Counted from the stretch's first letter, positions 8,629 to 18,821 are shown. The stretch: 40,184 bases of DNA from Candidatus Nanohaloarchaea archaeon (GCA_046497485.1 JAWOFP010000029.1:1-40184); one strand, 5' to 3'. A program made the numbers and translations. Notes: generated by a model not told the origin, from the letters alone.

Positions 8629-9593
8629 CAGAAAAAATGAATATAATTGAAGCTGTGAACGCAGCACTCGAAGACGAAATGGAAGAAGACGAAAAAGTAA
8701 TAGCCTATGGAGAAGATGTCGGAGAAGACGGCGGAGTCTTCCGCGCGACGGAAGGCCTCCAAGAAAAATTCGGGGAAAAGAGATGCTTTTCTTCACCATT
8801 AGCCGAATCCGGTATCGCGGGCACAGCAATCGGGATGAGCCTTTACGGTTTTAGGCCTGTAATTGAGATGCAGTTCTCCGGATTCTCATACCTAGCTTTC
8901 TATCAAATAAAGGAGCATGCATCAAGAATGAGGATCAGAAGTCGTGGAGACTACGAAGTTCCTCTGACAATGAGAGCGCCTTACGGAGGAGGAATCTCAG
9001 CGCTCGAACACCACCAAGAATCTCCTGAAGCATTTTACGCACATGCACAAGGCCTTCATGTCGTGATACCGAGCACACCTCAAGATACCTATTCTCTGCT
9101 CAGGAAATCGATTCAGATGGATGATCCTGTGGTTTTCCTTGAACCTAAAAAGACCTATAGAGCGTTCAAGGAGGAAGTAGATAGAGATAAAGAAGTAGAA
9201 CTTGAAGACTCTAGAGTTGTTCAAGAGGGAAGCGATGTTACACTGATAGCTTGGGGAGCTATGGTCCCTGTAGCTGAAGATGCGGCAGATGAAGTAGATG
9301 CAGATGTCGAGATAATCGATCCAAGAACAATCTATCCAATGGATTTTGATACTATAACAGAATCAGTTAAGAAGACTGGAAGAGCTATGATTCTTCACGA
9401 AGCCCAGAAATCTGGCGGTTTCGGAGCAGAAATCAGTTCTAGAATCCAGGAAAACGCGATTCTTAACATGGAAGCGCCAGTTGAGCGAGTGACAGCGCCA
9501 GATGTGCCTTATCCGCTTTACACTTTGGAAGATTTCTACATGCCGAATAAGAAGAGAGCAGTCAAAGGCCTCGAAAGAGTCCTTGATTTTTAG
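8625..9593 (+). CDS. pdhB: Pyruvate/2-oxoacid dehydrogenase E1 beta
   Basis: GEDVG..GGVFRATEGL, PLAESGI, EMQFSGF, HHQESPE, FLEPK. Confidence 0.96.
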   Translation: MTEKMNIIEAVNAALEDEMEEDEKVIAYGEDVGEDGGVFRATEGLQEKFGEKRCFSSPLAESGIAGTAIGMSLYGFRPVIEMQFSGFSYLAFYQIKEHASRMRIRSRGDYEVPLTMRAPYGGGISALEHHQESPEAFYAHAQGLHVVIPSTPQDTYSLLRKSIQMDDPVVFLEPKKTYRAFKEEVDRDKEVELEDSRVVQEGSDVTLIAWGAMVPVAEDAADEVDADVEIIDPRTIYPMDFDTITESVKKTGRAMILHEAQKSGGFGAEISSRIQENAILNMEAPVERVTAPDVPYPLYTLEDFYMPNKKRAVKGLERVLDF

Positions 9594-9603
9594 GTGATTC
9601 AAC

Positions 9604-11196
9604 TTGAAATTCGAATTCCCTGACACCGGTGAAGGAGTAACAGAAGGACAGTTCCTCGAATGGAAGATAGAAGAAGGAGACGAGGTCGAGGAAGATCAAA
9701 TAGTTGGGGAAGCGGAGACGGACAAAGCAGTAGTAGATGTTCCGGCGCCTGCTGACGGAACTGTGAAAGAATTGAGGGCATCACCCGGCGACAATGTGAA
9801 AGTCGGCGATGTTATAATGATACTAGATAAAGAAGGGAGCTCAGATGAAGATTCCCAAGAGACCTCAAATCGATCAGAGGATGCTGAAGTAGACAAAGAT
9901 TCAGATGAGAGCAGCAGTAAAGAAACTCGGAGTAAAGAGTCAAGTAAGACGGATGCTATAATGGGAGGATCGCCTTCAGCAAGTTCATACGACGATGAAG
10001 AGGAACAAGAAGAAACAGATGATAATGAAGGGGGCTCAGAATCAAGTTCTGGCGATGTTCTAGCATTGCCGAAAGTTAGAAAGTTAGCGGAAGAGAAAGG
10101 AGTAAATCTTGGTGCTCTTGATATTAATGGAAGAATTACTGAAGAAGATGTGTTAGAGGCCTCAGAATCAGGCGAAGTAGTAGAAAATGAAGCCGAACCT
10201 GAAGAAGAAGTTGAATCTGAGAGCTCAGAACCTGAGACAACAACCGATGAAACAGTAAAACAGGACATGAGTGATGTGAATGCTAGACCTTCAGTTAGAA
10301 AATTAGCGCGGAAACATGATATCGAAATCTCTATGCTAGACGGTAGCGGAAGAGATGGCGAGATTACTAGAGAGGATGTGCTTGAGGCAGCGGGAGAGAC
10401 TGAGCCTAAAGAAACAAAGGAGAAATCCGAAGAAGAATCTAAGAAATCAGAAACTGAAGGCGTTAAAGAAGAGAATACTGACAGGCCTGAGATAGAGCAT
10501 GAAGGAGATGTTGAAAGAGTTGAGATGTCAGGAGTTAGGAAAGTTACCGCGGAAAGGATGGCCCAGTCAAAGGATGAAGCCGCCCATGTAACTCATATTG
10601 AGAAAGCTGATATCACGGAACTCGTGGAGCTCCGGGAATCTGTTAAAAGCGATGTAGATGCACATCTAACTTATCTGCCTTTCATCATGAAGGCCTGTGT
10701 CGCCGCTCTAAGAGAGCATCCAAACCTGAATTCCGAGCTTGACGCTGAGCACGATGAGATAATTCAGAAGAATTTCTACGACTTCAATATAGCAGTGGAT
10801 ACCGAGAAAGGCCTTTTAGTGCCTAAAATCGAGAATATTGATGGCAAGAACATGATTGAACTGGCTCAGGATATCGGCGATAAAGCTTCGAGAGCTCAGA
10901 ACGGAGAGCTAGATAGAGAAGAGATGGAGCCCGGCACCTTCTCGATAACCAACCTTGGAGTAATAGGGGGAGAGGCCTTCACCCCAATAATCTATCCTCC
11001 TCAGTCCGCGATCTTAGGAATTGGAAAGATTCAGGAGACTGCAGAAGTAGTAGATGGGGAGGTTGTTCCAAGAACGACCGTTAAATTAAGTTTAAGCTAT
11101 GATCACCGTGTAGTAGACGGTGCAGAAGCCGCTCGTTTCATGAACAAAGTAGTTAAAGATCTTGAAAACCCGAGAAACTTGATAATCGATATGTGA
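9604..11196 (+). CDS. pdhC: Dihydrolipoamide acyltransferase E2
   Basis: Lipoyl domain ETDKAVV, two subunit-binding domains, catalytic DHRVVDG; TTG start with AGGTGA SD. Confidence 0.96.
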   Translation: MKFEFPDTGEGVTEGQFLEWKIEEGDEVEEDQIVGEAETDKAVVDVPAPADGTVKELRASPGDNVKVGDVIMILDKEGSSDEDSQETSNRSEDAEVDKDSDESSSKETRSKESSKTDAIMGGSPSASSYDDEEEQEETDDNEGGSESSSGDVLALPKVRKLAEEKGVNLGALDINGRITEEDVLEASESGEVVENEAEPEEEVESESSEPETTTDETVKQDMSDVNARPSVRKLARKHDIEISMLDGSGRDGEITREDVLEAAGETEPKETKEKSEEESKKSETEGVKEENTDRPEIEHEGDVERVEMSGVRKVTAERMAQSKDEAAHVTHIEKADITELVELRESVKSDVDAHLTYLPFIMKACVAALREHPNLNSELDAEHDEIIQKNFYDFNIAVDTEKGLLVPKIENIDGKNMIELAQDIGDKASRAQNGELDREEMEPGTFSITNLGVIGGEAFTPIIYPPQSAILGIGKIQETAEVVDGEVVPRTTVKLSLSYDHRVVDGAEAARFMNKVVKDLENPRNLIIDM

Positions 11197-11203
11197 TAAA
11201 TAA

Positions 11204-12607
11204 ATGGTAGTAGGAGACATCGAGACAGGTACAGAACTTCTAGTAATAGGAGGAGGTCCTGGAGGATATGCAGCAGCGATTAGAGCTGCGCAGAAAGGCC
11301 TAGATGTAACATTAGTTGAGAAAGAGGATATCGGCGGAACCTGTCTAAACAGAGGCTGTATCCCTGCAAAGGCCTTAATTCATGCCGCAGGATTCCAGAA
11401 AGATATGGAAAGCTGGGACGAGATTGGCATCCATAATGAAGGTTTAGATGTTGAGTTCAGTGAAGTTCAGGAGTGGAAAAATGATATTGTAGAAAAGTTG
11501 AATATTGGAGTTAAGAATAAGCTTGATGCTGTAGGGGTTGAAGTAATGAAAGGTGAAGCACATTTCATCGATGATTCAACTGTTCGAGTAGAGGAAGAAC
11601 ATAGAACCGACAAGTTAAATTTTGAGAAATGCATAGTTGCGACCGGAAGCAGGCCTATAGAGGTTCCAGGCCTGGAATTTGAGAAAGAAGGCATAATATC
11701 GTCGCGAGAAATGCTGAATCTGGAGGAAGTTCCAGATGAACTTGTCGTTGTTGGTGGGGGCTACATAGGAATGGAGGCAGTGACTAAATTCTGCAAGTTC
11801 GGCTCTCATGTAAAAATCGTGGAAGCAGAGGACCGAGTTCTTCCTAACTTTGATGAAGAGATTGTCAATAATATTCAGGAGACTTCTGACTGTTACAATG
11901 ACGAGATTTATACCGGCACAAAGGCCTCAGAAGTTAGAGAAGGAGAAGATCCTGTTCTTGTAGCAGATCAGAATGGTGAGAAAGTTGAAATTGATGGAGA
12001 TTATATCTTAGTTGCTGTAGGCCGTGAAGCCCATTCAGGGCTTGAAAGCGTAAAATTGGAGAACGCAGGACTAGAAGTCAATGAGAGCGGGTTTGTGGAT
12101 ACAGATTCTCAGATGAAGGCTTCTGAAAATATTTTTGTGATTGGTGATGCCGCAGGACAGCCAATGCTAGCTCATAAGGCCTATATGGAGGGAAAAGTAG
12201 CTGGAGAAGTAGCAGCCGGGGAAAATACTGGAATGGATTCACAGTTTATCCCGAAAGTTATGTATACTGATCCTGAGGTCGCTGTTGTAGGTCTTACAGA
12301 ACAAGAAGCCAAAGAGGAAAATGAAGATGTTAAAGTTGGAAGGTTTTCTATGAAGCATTCTGGCCGAGCTTTGACAACTAACGGTGGAGAAGGATTTGTG
12401 AAAGTTATAGCCTCCAAAGAGAACAAGTTGCTTGGCGTTACAATTATCTCCGAGAGAGCATCTGACATGATTGGAGAAGCGACTTTAGCGCTTGAGATGC
12501 AGGCCTATCTCGATGATATTATAGGCACAGTTCATGCACACCCTACATTCCCCGAGGCGTTTCAGGAGGCCTGTGAAGACGCCTTGAATAAAAGTATTCA
12601 TACATAG
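11204..12607 (+). CDS. lpdA: Dihydrolipoamide dehydrogenase E3
   Basis: GGGPGGY, GGTCLNRGCIP, GGGYIG, HAHPTFPE. Confidence 0.97.
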   Translation: MVVGDIETGTELLVIGGGPGGYAAAIRAAQKGLDVTLVEKEDIGGTCLNRGCIPAKALIHAAGFQKDMESWDEIGIHNEGLDVEFSEVQEWKNDIVEKLNIGVKNKLDAVGVEVMKGEAHFIDDSTVRVEEEHRTDKLNFEKCIVATGSRPIEVPGLEFEKEGIISSREMLNLEEVPDELVVVGGGYIGMEAVTKFCKFGSHVKIVEAEDRVLPNFDEEIVNNIQETSDCYNDEIYTGTKASEVREGEDPVLVADQNGEKVEIDGDYILVAVGREAHSGLESVKLENAGLEVNESGFVDTDSQMKASENIFVIGDAAGQPMLAHKAYMEGKVAGEVAAGENTGMDSQFIPKVMYTDPEVAVVGLTEQEAKEENEDVKVGRFSMKHSGRALTTNGGEGFVKVIASKENKLLGVTIISERASDMIGEATLALEMQAYLDDIIGTVHAHPTFPEAFQEACEDALNKSIHT

Positions 12608-12654
12608 GAGTGACTTATTGTTTTTTATTCCTTTGAACCTAATTTTCTACTGTT

Positions 12655-13458
12655 ATGGTTAAAGACGATAAATATAGTGACAAAGAGTTTGACTCCGAAG
12701 AGGACATGCACCTTTACTGGGGAGAAAACCTCATGGACGAGTTGAGCTCTCATGATAGTGAGAAGGCTAAGAAGGCCTTGAGAAATAAGAAGGAAGCCAA
12801 GTCTCAGAAGAAGGAATGGCGTAAAAAGATGATGTTTAGAGGCACAGCAGGTATTGTAGCCGTTGTACTGGTATATCTTGCTGCGCCTGCAATTGCCGGC
12901 ATGTTCTCTGGAGGAGGAACCGTTAATTATGATGATCTGAATTTGGAAGAGCAGCCTATGCTGGGTGAAGAAGATGCTCCAGTTACAGTTGTAGAGTTCG
13001 GAGACTACATGTGTGGAGCATGCCAGTCATTCAACCAGGATGTGAAGCCTGAGATGCAGAGCCTGATTGACAGCGGAGATGTAAAATTCCATTACATGGA
13101 TATCAATCTCCCGCAGTTCCAGCCAAACAACGGCCAGGCCTCGGTAGCCGCCGAATGTGTTTACCAGCAGGATGAAGAAGCGTTCTGGAGTTTCCATGAT
13201 GCGCTTTACGAAAACCAAGGTCAGACAGCTTATACAGCTGAAGGCCTAACAACATTGGCTGAGGAAAACACTGAAGGTCTTAATACGACGGAGCTTCAGG
13301 CCTGTATAGACAACGGAGAGACTTCCGATGCAGTCGATTCAGACAACGAGATCGCCAGAGAAAACGGAGTTAGCGCCACACCGACAGTCTTCGTGAACGG
13401 CGATAGAGTTGGTAACACCAACAACTTGGTTTCGATCATTGAAGACAACTACCTATGA
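12655..13458 (+). CDS. Membrane-anchored DsbA/thioredoxin-fold protein
   Basis: TM helix, GEEDAPVTVVEFGDYMCGAC, GVSATPTVFVNG. Confidence 0.9.
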   Translation: MVKDDKYSDKEFDSEEDMHLYWGENLMDELSSHDSEKAKKALRNKKEAKSQKKEWRKKMMFRGTAGIVAVVLVYLAAPAIAGMFSGGGTVNYDDLNLEEQPMLGEEDAPVTVVEFGDYMCGACQSFNQDVKPEMQSLIDSGDVKFHYMDINLPQFQPNNGQASVAAECVYQQDEEAFWSFHDALYENQGQTAYTAEGLTTLAEENTEGLNTTELQACIDNGETSDAVDSDNEIARENGVSATPTVFVNGDRVGNTNNLVSIIEDNYL

Positions 13459-14111
13459 ACAGGCAGGAAGTCCTGAAACACTACAAAGAAAACAGGTCTG
13501 AGATAGAATCCAGACTGAAAGATTTTGAAGACCTGCGTGAGGCCTCCGAGAGGAGGCTTTTCCAGGAACTTTCTTTCGTTATTTTTTCTTCACAGAGCTC
13601 AGCTGAAAACTCTTGGAAAGCCGCAGAGAGAATAGGAAAAGATGGTTTAATACATAAATCCAAGTCTGAAATCTCAGAAATTCTTGCTCAGGAAGAAGTT
13701 CAGTTCGAGAACAGAAAAGCAGACTACATAATTAAAAATAGAAATCTTCTATCACAGCCAACCTTTGATAATCCTTCTACAGATCTAAAAATAAAATCCA
13801 GAATCAAAACTGAGAACCTCAATAAGACAAGAGACTGGTTCTCTGAGAACATTTCAGGCCTGTCCTGGAAAGGAGCATCACATTTCCTGAGAAATATAGG
13901 TAATGGGGATAACTTCGCTATCCTCTCACAACACACCGTATCAGCTCTAGCAGACCTAGAAGTAATCAAAACAGTAGAACCTCCAAAAAATAGAGAAGAA
14001 TACCTGAATATTGAATCTAAAGTCCAGGAATTTTCAGAGGAAATAAACATTGATATTAAGGCCTTAGATCTAGTTCTATGGTCGATGAGAACTGGTAAAG
14101 TCTTTAAATAA
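13455..14111 (+). CDS. ogg: Archaeal Ogg2-type 8-oxoguanine N-glycosylase/DNA lyase homolog
   Basis: LFQELSF, HhH motif GLSWKGASHFLRNIG, LDLVLW, C-terminal TGKVFK. Confidence 0.85.
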   Translation: MNRQEVLKHYKENRSEIESRLKDFEDLREASERRLFQELSFVIFSSQSSAENSWKAAERIGKDGLIHKSKSEISEILAQEEVQFENRKADYIIKNRNLLSQPTFDNPSTDLKIKSRIKTENLNKTRDWFSENISGLSWKGASHFLRNIGNGDNFAILSQHTVSALADLEVIKTVEPPKNREEYLNIESKVQEFSEEINIDIKALDLVLWSMRTGKVFK

Positions 14112-14119
14112 ACTTTATT

Positions 14120-16513
14120 TTAGAACTGTCCTAGGCCTGACTGTTTACCTTTGCCCTTTAATTGGTCTTCTGTGTATCCAAAGACTTTCAGCACTCTCAT
14201 AGTCACAGGGATAATCTGGTTATCCACATAGTAATCCGCATCGTAATTCTCCGCATACTTAGTTAATTCCGCCTGTTCTGAGATTGACTTACCTGTTCTT
14301 GTAATCACATAATCTATTGTGGTTTCAGGCTCTATCTCGTCTCCGCGCTTCATCGCTTTTTTCGCGGCCTCTACATGAGGGGCTGTATTCCCATATTCTT
14401 CAGGAGGCTTAGTTAAAGTAGTGTAAATCTTGAGCTCTTCAACATCTACTTCTCCCGACTTCAAGGCCTCAATCGTATCCTTAACAATATCTACTGCTTC
14501 ATCTACATCATCTTCCAATACTTTCCTCAGTACTTTTTCCTGAGTGTCTTTAGCTATAGGGCTCCAGTCCCTTCTGACCTGTTCGAACCCTGTTATCTTC
14601 ATTGATCCATCTTCATCGATCAATGCATACTTCTTTTTAGCTCCTTCTCCAGACTCTTTTGAAGTAAAGAATCCTCGCTTAAAAAGGCCTTCAAACTCCA
14701 TTTCCATAAACTCTGGTAATTCAGAGTTCACTCTGTCAAGGAATTCATCTAAATATTCTTCTAAGTCGTCTTTCCTCAACATCACAGAATCTGTGTCGCC
14801 ATAGGTCATTTCAAAGCCCATATCTTCCGCTATTTCTATGGCGTCTTTGATGTATTCTCGTCCTAGGTATGTTGTTGCTTCGGCGCTCTCTCTAGAGTAC
14901 CAGCGCGCACCACTATATCCAAGATATCCGTAGAAAGAGTTTGCAAGAATTTTTTGCGCCTGCTGTCTATTATCTACTGACTTATACTCCTTTGAATCTT
15001 CTTCCAAATCTTTCAATTTTTTCTTCAAATCGTAACGCGAGCTTACTAAGTCTTCGACCAGTTCGGGGAAAAATCCTTGCTGATCCTGACAGAAGTTATA
15101 ATCGAACTCCTCTAGCTCAAACCTGTCATCACATTCATCTAAGTTCAATGTGTCAGGCGAAATATTGTGAGCCACCATCACCGTCGGATACAGCGACCTA
15201 AAGTCGAATACTGCTACATTTTCGTAAAGGCCTTCTTCAGGAGTGTAGACAAATCCTCCAGTGTAGGCCTGTTCTCGGTCGCGTTTACTTCTCTTCTGCT
15301 GGGAAGGCCTGTTACGAGTTAACATGTTCCTGTTGTAGGCCTCTCGAATCAGATAGTTCTCTGTCAGCTGGCCATAGGTGAGCCTTGAAGAGTCGAAAGG
15401 AATCAACCCAGTGATCTTCGAGAGCTCCATCACTTGCGGAGTAATCTCATTTCCTAACTCGTATGTAATGTCGGCATCTTTCATCGCATATTCTGCGAAC
15501 TTCTCTAAATTCTCTTCAGTTTCCCAAATTTCCTTCATCTCACTCCATGAAAGATCGTCTTTGTTCAGGCCCAACATCTCTTCAGCAACAGAATCTAAAT
15601 CCAATGTCTCAGAATCTATTCCAGGCGCTAAAATATGAGTAATAAATGGATAGAGATCAATATGCATCCTCCCTTTGATTCTTGCTCCTTTAAATCTCCC
15701 TCGGCGGTTGAACTTCATTCTCTCACCGTTTCTACCTAGAGAAAGCTCAACATTGTTTCTGTTGGCAGCTTCTCTCAGGATGGAGAAATCATATTCATCT
15801 GTATTATATCCTGTAAGTATATCGACATTTTCGTCTTCTATTATCTCTATAAATCTCTCTAACATCTCTGTCTCATCTTCTACTTTCTCAGCGAAATCTA
15901 GGTCTACTTCTTTCATCGTTAGAAGTTTTCTAAAGTTCTCAGACCTGAAAGACGCCATCACAACCCGGTCATCGATTACCTCGAGATCAAAGGCCATACT
16001 GTTCCACTCAAAACCGTCTTCTTTTTCCACAGAGCTTATATCTTCGATTATTATCTCTTTCTCAAAATTGTCAGAGTCTTTTTCTTCACCCTCTATCTCT
16101 ACCCAGCTACCAGGCCTAACTCCTTTGTCAATTAGATACCGTCTGTAGAACGGAATATCAAACTCTAAGCATCTTCTAACCGATTCCAGATCCCAAAGCT
16201 CATTTTTTAGTTTAGGAACGCTTGCAGGTATATCCGTTACAACCTTCAAGGCCTCTACTGTTTCCTGACCATACTTCTTCTCTTCGACTTCTGTCTCAAG
16301 AATTTCAAGTTCTTCGCCTTTATCCGACTCGAAATCATTCTCTTTAACATCCTCTTTCAACTGTTCAAGGTCTGTCGGCATAGCATAGAAGTAGGGTTTG
16401 AAGCTCTCATCCACTAGCTTATAGCAGCCCTCTTGATTCTTTCCGTAGAGTATAACTCTCAATGGATCTGTTTCATATTCTGCGTCAAAGACCTGAAACT
16501 CCATAACATTCAT
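14120..16513 (-). CDS. polB: Family B DNA polymerase with 3'-5' exonuclease
   Basis: Exo motifs FDLE, YNTDEYD, YAMKDA; polymerase motifs DFRSLYPT, KILANSFYGY, YGDTDS, KKKY; no intein. Confidence 0.97.
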   Translation of the reverse strand: MNVMEFQVFDAEYETDPLRVILYGKNQEGCYKLVDESFKPYFYAMPTDLEQLKEDVKENDFESDKGEELEILETEVEEKKYGQETVEALKVVTDIPASVPKLKNELWDLESVRRCLEFDIPFYRRYLIDKGVRPGSWVEIEGEEKDSDNFEKEIIIEDISSVEKEDGFEWNSMAFDLEVIDDRVVMASFRSENFRKLLTMKEVDLDFAEKVEDETEMLERFIEIIEDENVDILTGYNTDEYDFSILREAANRNNVELSLGRNGERMKFNRRGRFKGARIKGRMHIDLYPFITHILAPGIDSETLDLDSVAEEMLGLNKDDLSWSEMKEIWETEENLEKFAEYAMKDADITYELGNEITPQVMELSKITGLIPFDSSRLTYGQLTENYLIREAYNRNMLTRNRPSQQKRSKRDREQAYTGGFVYTPEEGLYENVAVFDFRSLYPTVMVAHNISPDTLNLDECDDRFELEEFDYNFCQDQQGFFPELVEDLVSSRYDLKKKLKDLEEDSKEYKSVDNRQQAQKILANSFYGYLGYSGARWYSRESAEATTYLGREYIKDAIEIAEDMGFEMTYGDTDSVMLRKDDLEEYLDEFLDRVNSELPEFMEMEFEGLFKRGFFTSKESGEGAKKKYALIDEDGSMKITGFEQVRRDWSPIAKDTQEKVLRKVLEDDVDEAVDIVKDTIEALKSGEVDVEELKIYTTLTKPPEEYGNTAPHVEAAKKAMKRGDEIEPETTIDYVITRTGKSISEQAELTKYAENYDADYYVDNQIIPVTMRVLKVFGYTEDQLKGKGKQSGLGQF

Positions 16514-16557
16514 TTGTTTAACAAGGAATTTATTACTGGAATTTTGAAAACTTAGTT

Positions 16558-17214
16558 ATGAGACTTCTACTTTTGACAGACATCCATGGAGATACAGCAA
16601 AACTGGAGAAAATCCTTTCAAGAGAAGAATTTGATGGCATCCTCTGCGCCGGAGATCTGAGCGATGCCTCCGAGTTTGAAGACTATCAGTCCAGCCTTAA
16701 TGAAGTATTAACATTGATGGAGGAGAGTTCAGGCCTGGTTAAAGCAGTTCCTGGAAACATGGATCCTGAAGAGAAATGTGTCAGATCTCTTATAGATAGG
16801 AAAATGAATATTCACAAGAAGATCGCAAGCTTCGAAGAGTTTGATGTCGTAGGATTTGGCGGAGGCCTTACACCTTTTGGGACGCCTTTTGAGCCGTCCG
16901 GAGAAGATATCAGAGATTCACTGGAAGTTTTGCACGGTAGAATGAGTTCAGGCCTCAAAGCTGCTGTGATTCATCAGCCGCCGAAAGACACTGATCTTGA
17001 CATAGCTGATGGCAATCATGTAGGCTCAGAGGAGGTTAGAGAGCTTTTAGAAAATAATGATTTCGACTTCTTGCTCACAGGCCACATACATGAATCATTT
17101 GGAACTGATGAAATAGGAGATACGCTTATGGTGAATCCTGGGCCTGTGATGGAAGGACATTATGGCATACTGGAAGTGGAAGATGATTTTGAGGTCGAGT
17201 TAAATACAATTTAA
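16558..17214 (+). CDS. Calcineurin-like metallophosphoesterase
   Basis: DIHG, GDLS, PGNMD, HQPP, GHIHE, NPG motifs. Confidence 0.92.
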   Translation: MRLLLLTDIHGDTAKLEKILSREEFDGILCAGDLSDASEFEDYQSSLNEVLTLMEESSGLVKAVPGNMDPEEKCVRSLIDRKMNIHKKIASFEEFDVVGFGGGLTPFGTPFEPSGEDIRDSLEVLHGRMSSGLKAAVIHQPPKDTDLDIADGNHVGSEEVRELLENNDFDFLLTGHIHESFGTDEIGDTLMVNPGPVMEGHYGILEVEDDFEVELNTI

Positions 17215-17415
17215 CTTAAGACAATTTCAGGTCTCCCGATATTTACCGGTCTTTTCTTTCTATTTTACATTGACTGATTGGGACAATGTTTCATGTGCTT
17301 GAGATATTTCTGACTTACTGCATTCATCATTAAAGTTTTCAAGGCCTCAGAGCAGGAAAGACTTTTATAGGTGGTTAAATAACATTTAGATAAGAAAGCC
17401 GAAAGGCATTACCAA

Positions 17416-17423
17416 GGAGGTGA
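17416..17423 (+). promoter_or_regulatory. Strong Shine-Dalgarno site of the histone gene
   Basis: GGAGGTGA 10 nt before ATG 17434; upstream TTTTATA box (~17363) and GCC-GAAA-GGC hairpin in the 5' UTR. Confidence 0.7.
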
Positions 17424-17433
17424 AAAATTAATT

Positions 17434-17631
17434 ATGGCAGAACTACCACTAGCACCTGTAAAAAGAATCATCAAGCAGTCCGGAGCAGCAAGAGTTTCAG
17501 AAGATGCTGTTGAAGAACTAAGAGACGAACTTGAAGCTCACGCAGAAGATAGAGCAAGAGAATCCAAGCAGTTCGCAGAACACGCAGGTCGTAAGACCGT
17601 CCAGGCTGCAGACGTCCGAACTTCCAGATAA
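17434..17631 (+). CDS. Archaeal histone (single histone fold, HMf type)
   Basis: MAELPLAPVKRIIK...ARVSEDA...AEHAGRKTVQAADV. Confidence 0.96.
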   Translation: MAELPLAPVKRIIKQSGAARVSEDAVEELRDELEAHAEDRARESKQFAEHAGRKTVQAADVRTSR

Positions 17632-17675
17632 ATCTGGAAGCAACTTTTTAACCCCTCCCCTACATCTTTTTTCTT

Positions 17676-18416
17676 ATGAAGATCGAAAATTCTTTCATCC
17701 ATATCCCTGGAATAGGCAAAAAAACAGAGAAGAAATACTGGAAGAAAGGCCTAACACACTGGGACCAGCTAAGAGACTCAGGAAGTCTAAGCGACAATAA
17801 AAAGCAGCACTTAGAGAAGGCTGAAAAGAATTTAGAGGTCGGAAACTCACTTTACTTCAAACAACAATTACCCTCCAAATCACTTTGGAGGCTCTACGAA
17901 AACTTTGCGGAACAAGCCTGCTTCTTCGATATAGAGACCACAGGCCTTTCAGCAAAAAAGAACAAGACCACTACAGTAAGCTTCTATAGGAACGGAGAGT
18001 CTAAAACATTGATTAGAGGTCAAGACCTAACTAGGGAAAGATTAGAGGAAGAACTTTTCGAGTCAAAGATTCTTGTCAGCTTTAACGGTAAGAGATTTGA
18101 CGCTCCTTTCCTTGAACAAAACTTTGACTTAGATATTGAAACCCCACATATTGACTTAATGTATCCTGCGAAGAGAATTGGCTTGAGCGGAGGCCTGAAG
18201 AAGATTGAGAAAGAGCTTCAAATTCAGAGAGAGTTAGAGGATATCGATGGACGAGAAGCAGTCAGGCTGTGGAAAAAATACGAGAAAAACAATAACGAAG
18301 ACGCGTTAGAAAAGCTGGTTAGGTATAATCAGTACGATGCTGTAAACCTCAAAGAGCTGACAGAGATAATAGTTGATAAGCTGGATAACGAGGTTTTCAG
18401 GCCTCACATTGAGTAA
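17676..18416 (+). CDS. RNase H-like (YprB/DEDD) exonuclease with N-terminal HhH
   Basis: IPGIGKK, FFDIETTGL, SFNGKRFDAPFL, GGLKKIE, YNQYDAV. Confidence 0.88.
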   Translation: MKIENSFIHIPGIGKKTEKKYWKKGLTHWDQLRDSGSLSDNKKQHLEKAEKNLEVGNSLYFKQQLPSKSLWRLYENFAEQACFFDIETTGLSAKKNKTTTVSFYRNGESKTLIRGQDLTRERLEEELFESKILVSFNGKRFDAPFLEQNFDLDIETPHIDLMYPAKRIGLSGGLKKIEKELQIQRELEDIDGREAVRLWKKYEKNNNEDALEKLVRYNQYDAVNLKELTEIIVDKLDNEVFRPHIE

Positions 18417-18821
18417 TTAAATCATATTCAAGGCCTTCAATGATTTGAGCTGGCCCATTGTCTCATGAGTTTTTAGTTCTTCCAAGGTAAGCCATTTGAA
18501 ATCAGAATGTTCATAATCTAGCTCTAATTCCTTATTATCAACTTCAATATGAAAAGGATAAATATTCCAGAGGCCTAGTTCTCCTTCTCCAATGTGGGAG
18601 TCTCCTAAATCGATTATTTCTCCTTTAAGACCTGTCTCTTCTTTCAGTTCGCGAAGGGCTGCTTCTTTTGCAGACTCTCCTTCTTCTATTTTTCCTCCTG
18701 GAAAAGTCCATTCGCCGGAGCTGGAGTTTTCCTGGCTTCTTTTCAGCAGTAGAAACTCTCCGTCTTTTTCTGGTACTGCTAATGCTACTTCGCCATTTAT
18801 CTCTCTTTCAGGCTTATCCAT
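18417..18821 (-). CDS. Nudix hydrolase (MutT-like)
   Basis: Nudix box GGKIEEGESAKEAALRELKEETGL. Confidence 0.93.
   Translation of the reverse strand: MDKPEREINGEVALAVPEKDGEFLLLKRSQENSSSGEWTFPGGKIEEGESAKEAALRELKEETGLKGEIIDLGDSHIGEGELGLWNIYPFHIEVDNKELELDYEHSDFKWLTLEELKTHETMGQLKSLKALNMI

Noticed and set aside
9696..10268. Ser-rich antisense ORFs here and elsewhere (e.g. 15675-16148, 30645-31178)
   Set aside because: Antisense shadows of Glu/Asp-rich genes (GAA and GAT read as TTC, TCT, TCA).
14120..16513. Inactivated or intein-containing PolB, or a viral/casposon polymerase
   Set aside because: All catalytic motifs are intact, length is normal, and the context is housekeeping with no integrase or capsid genes.
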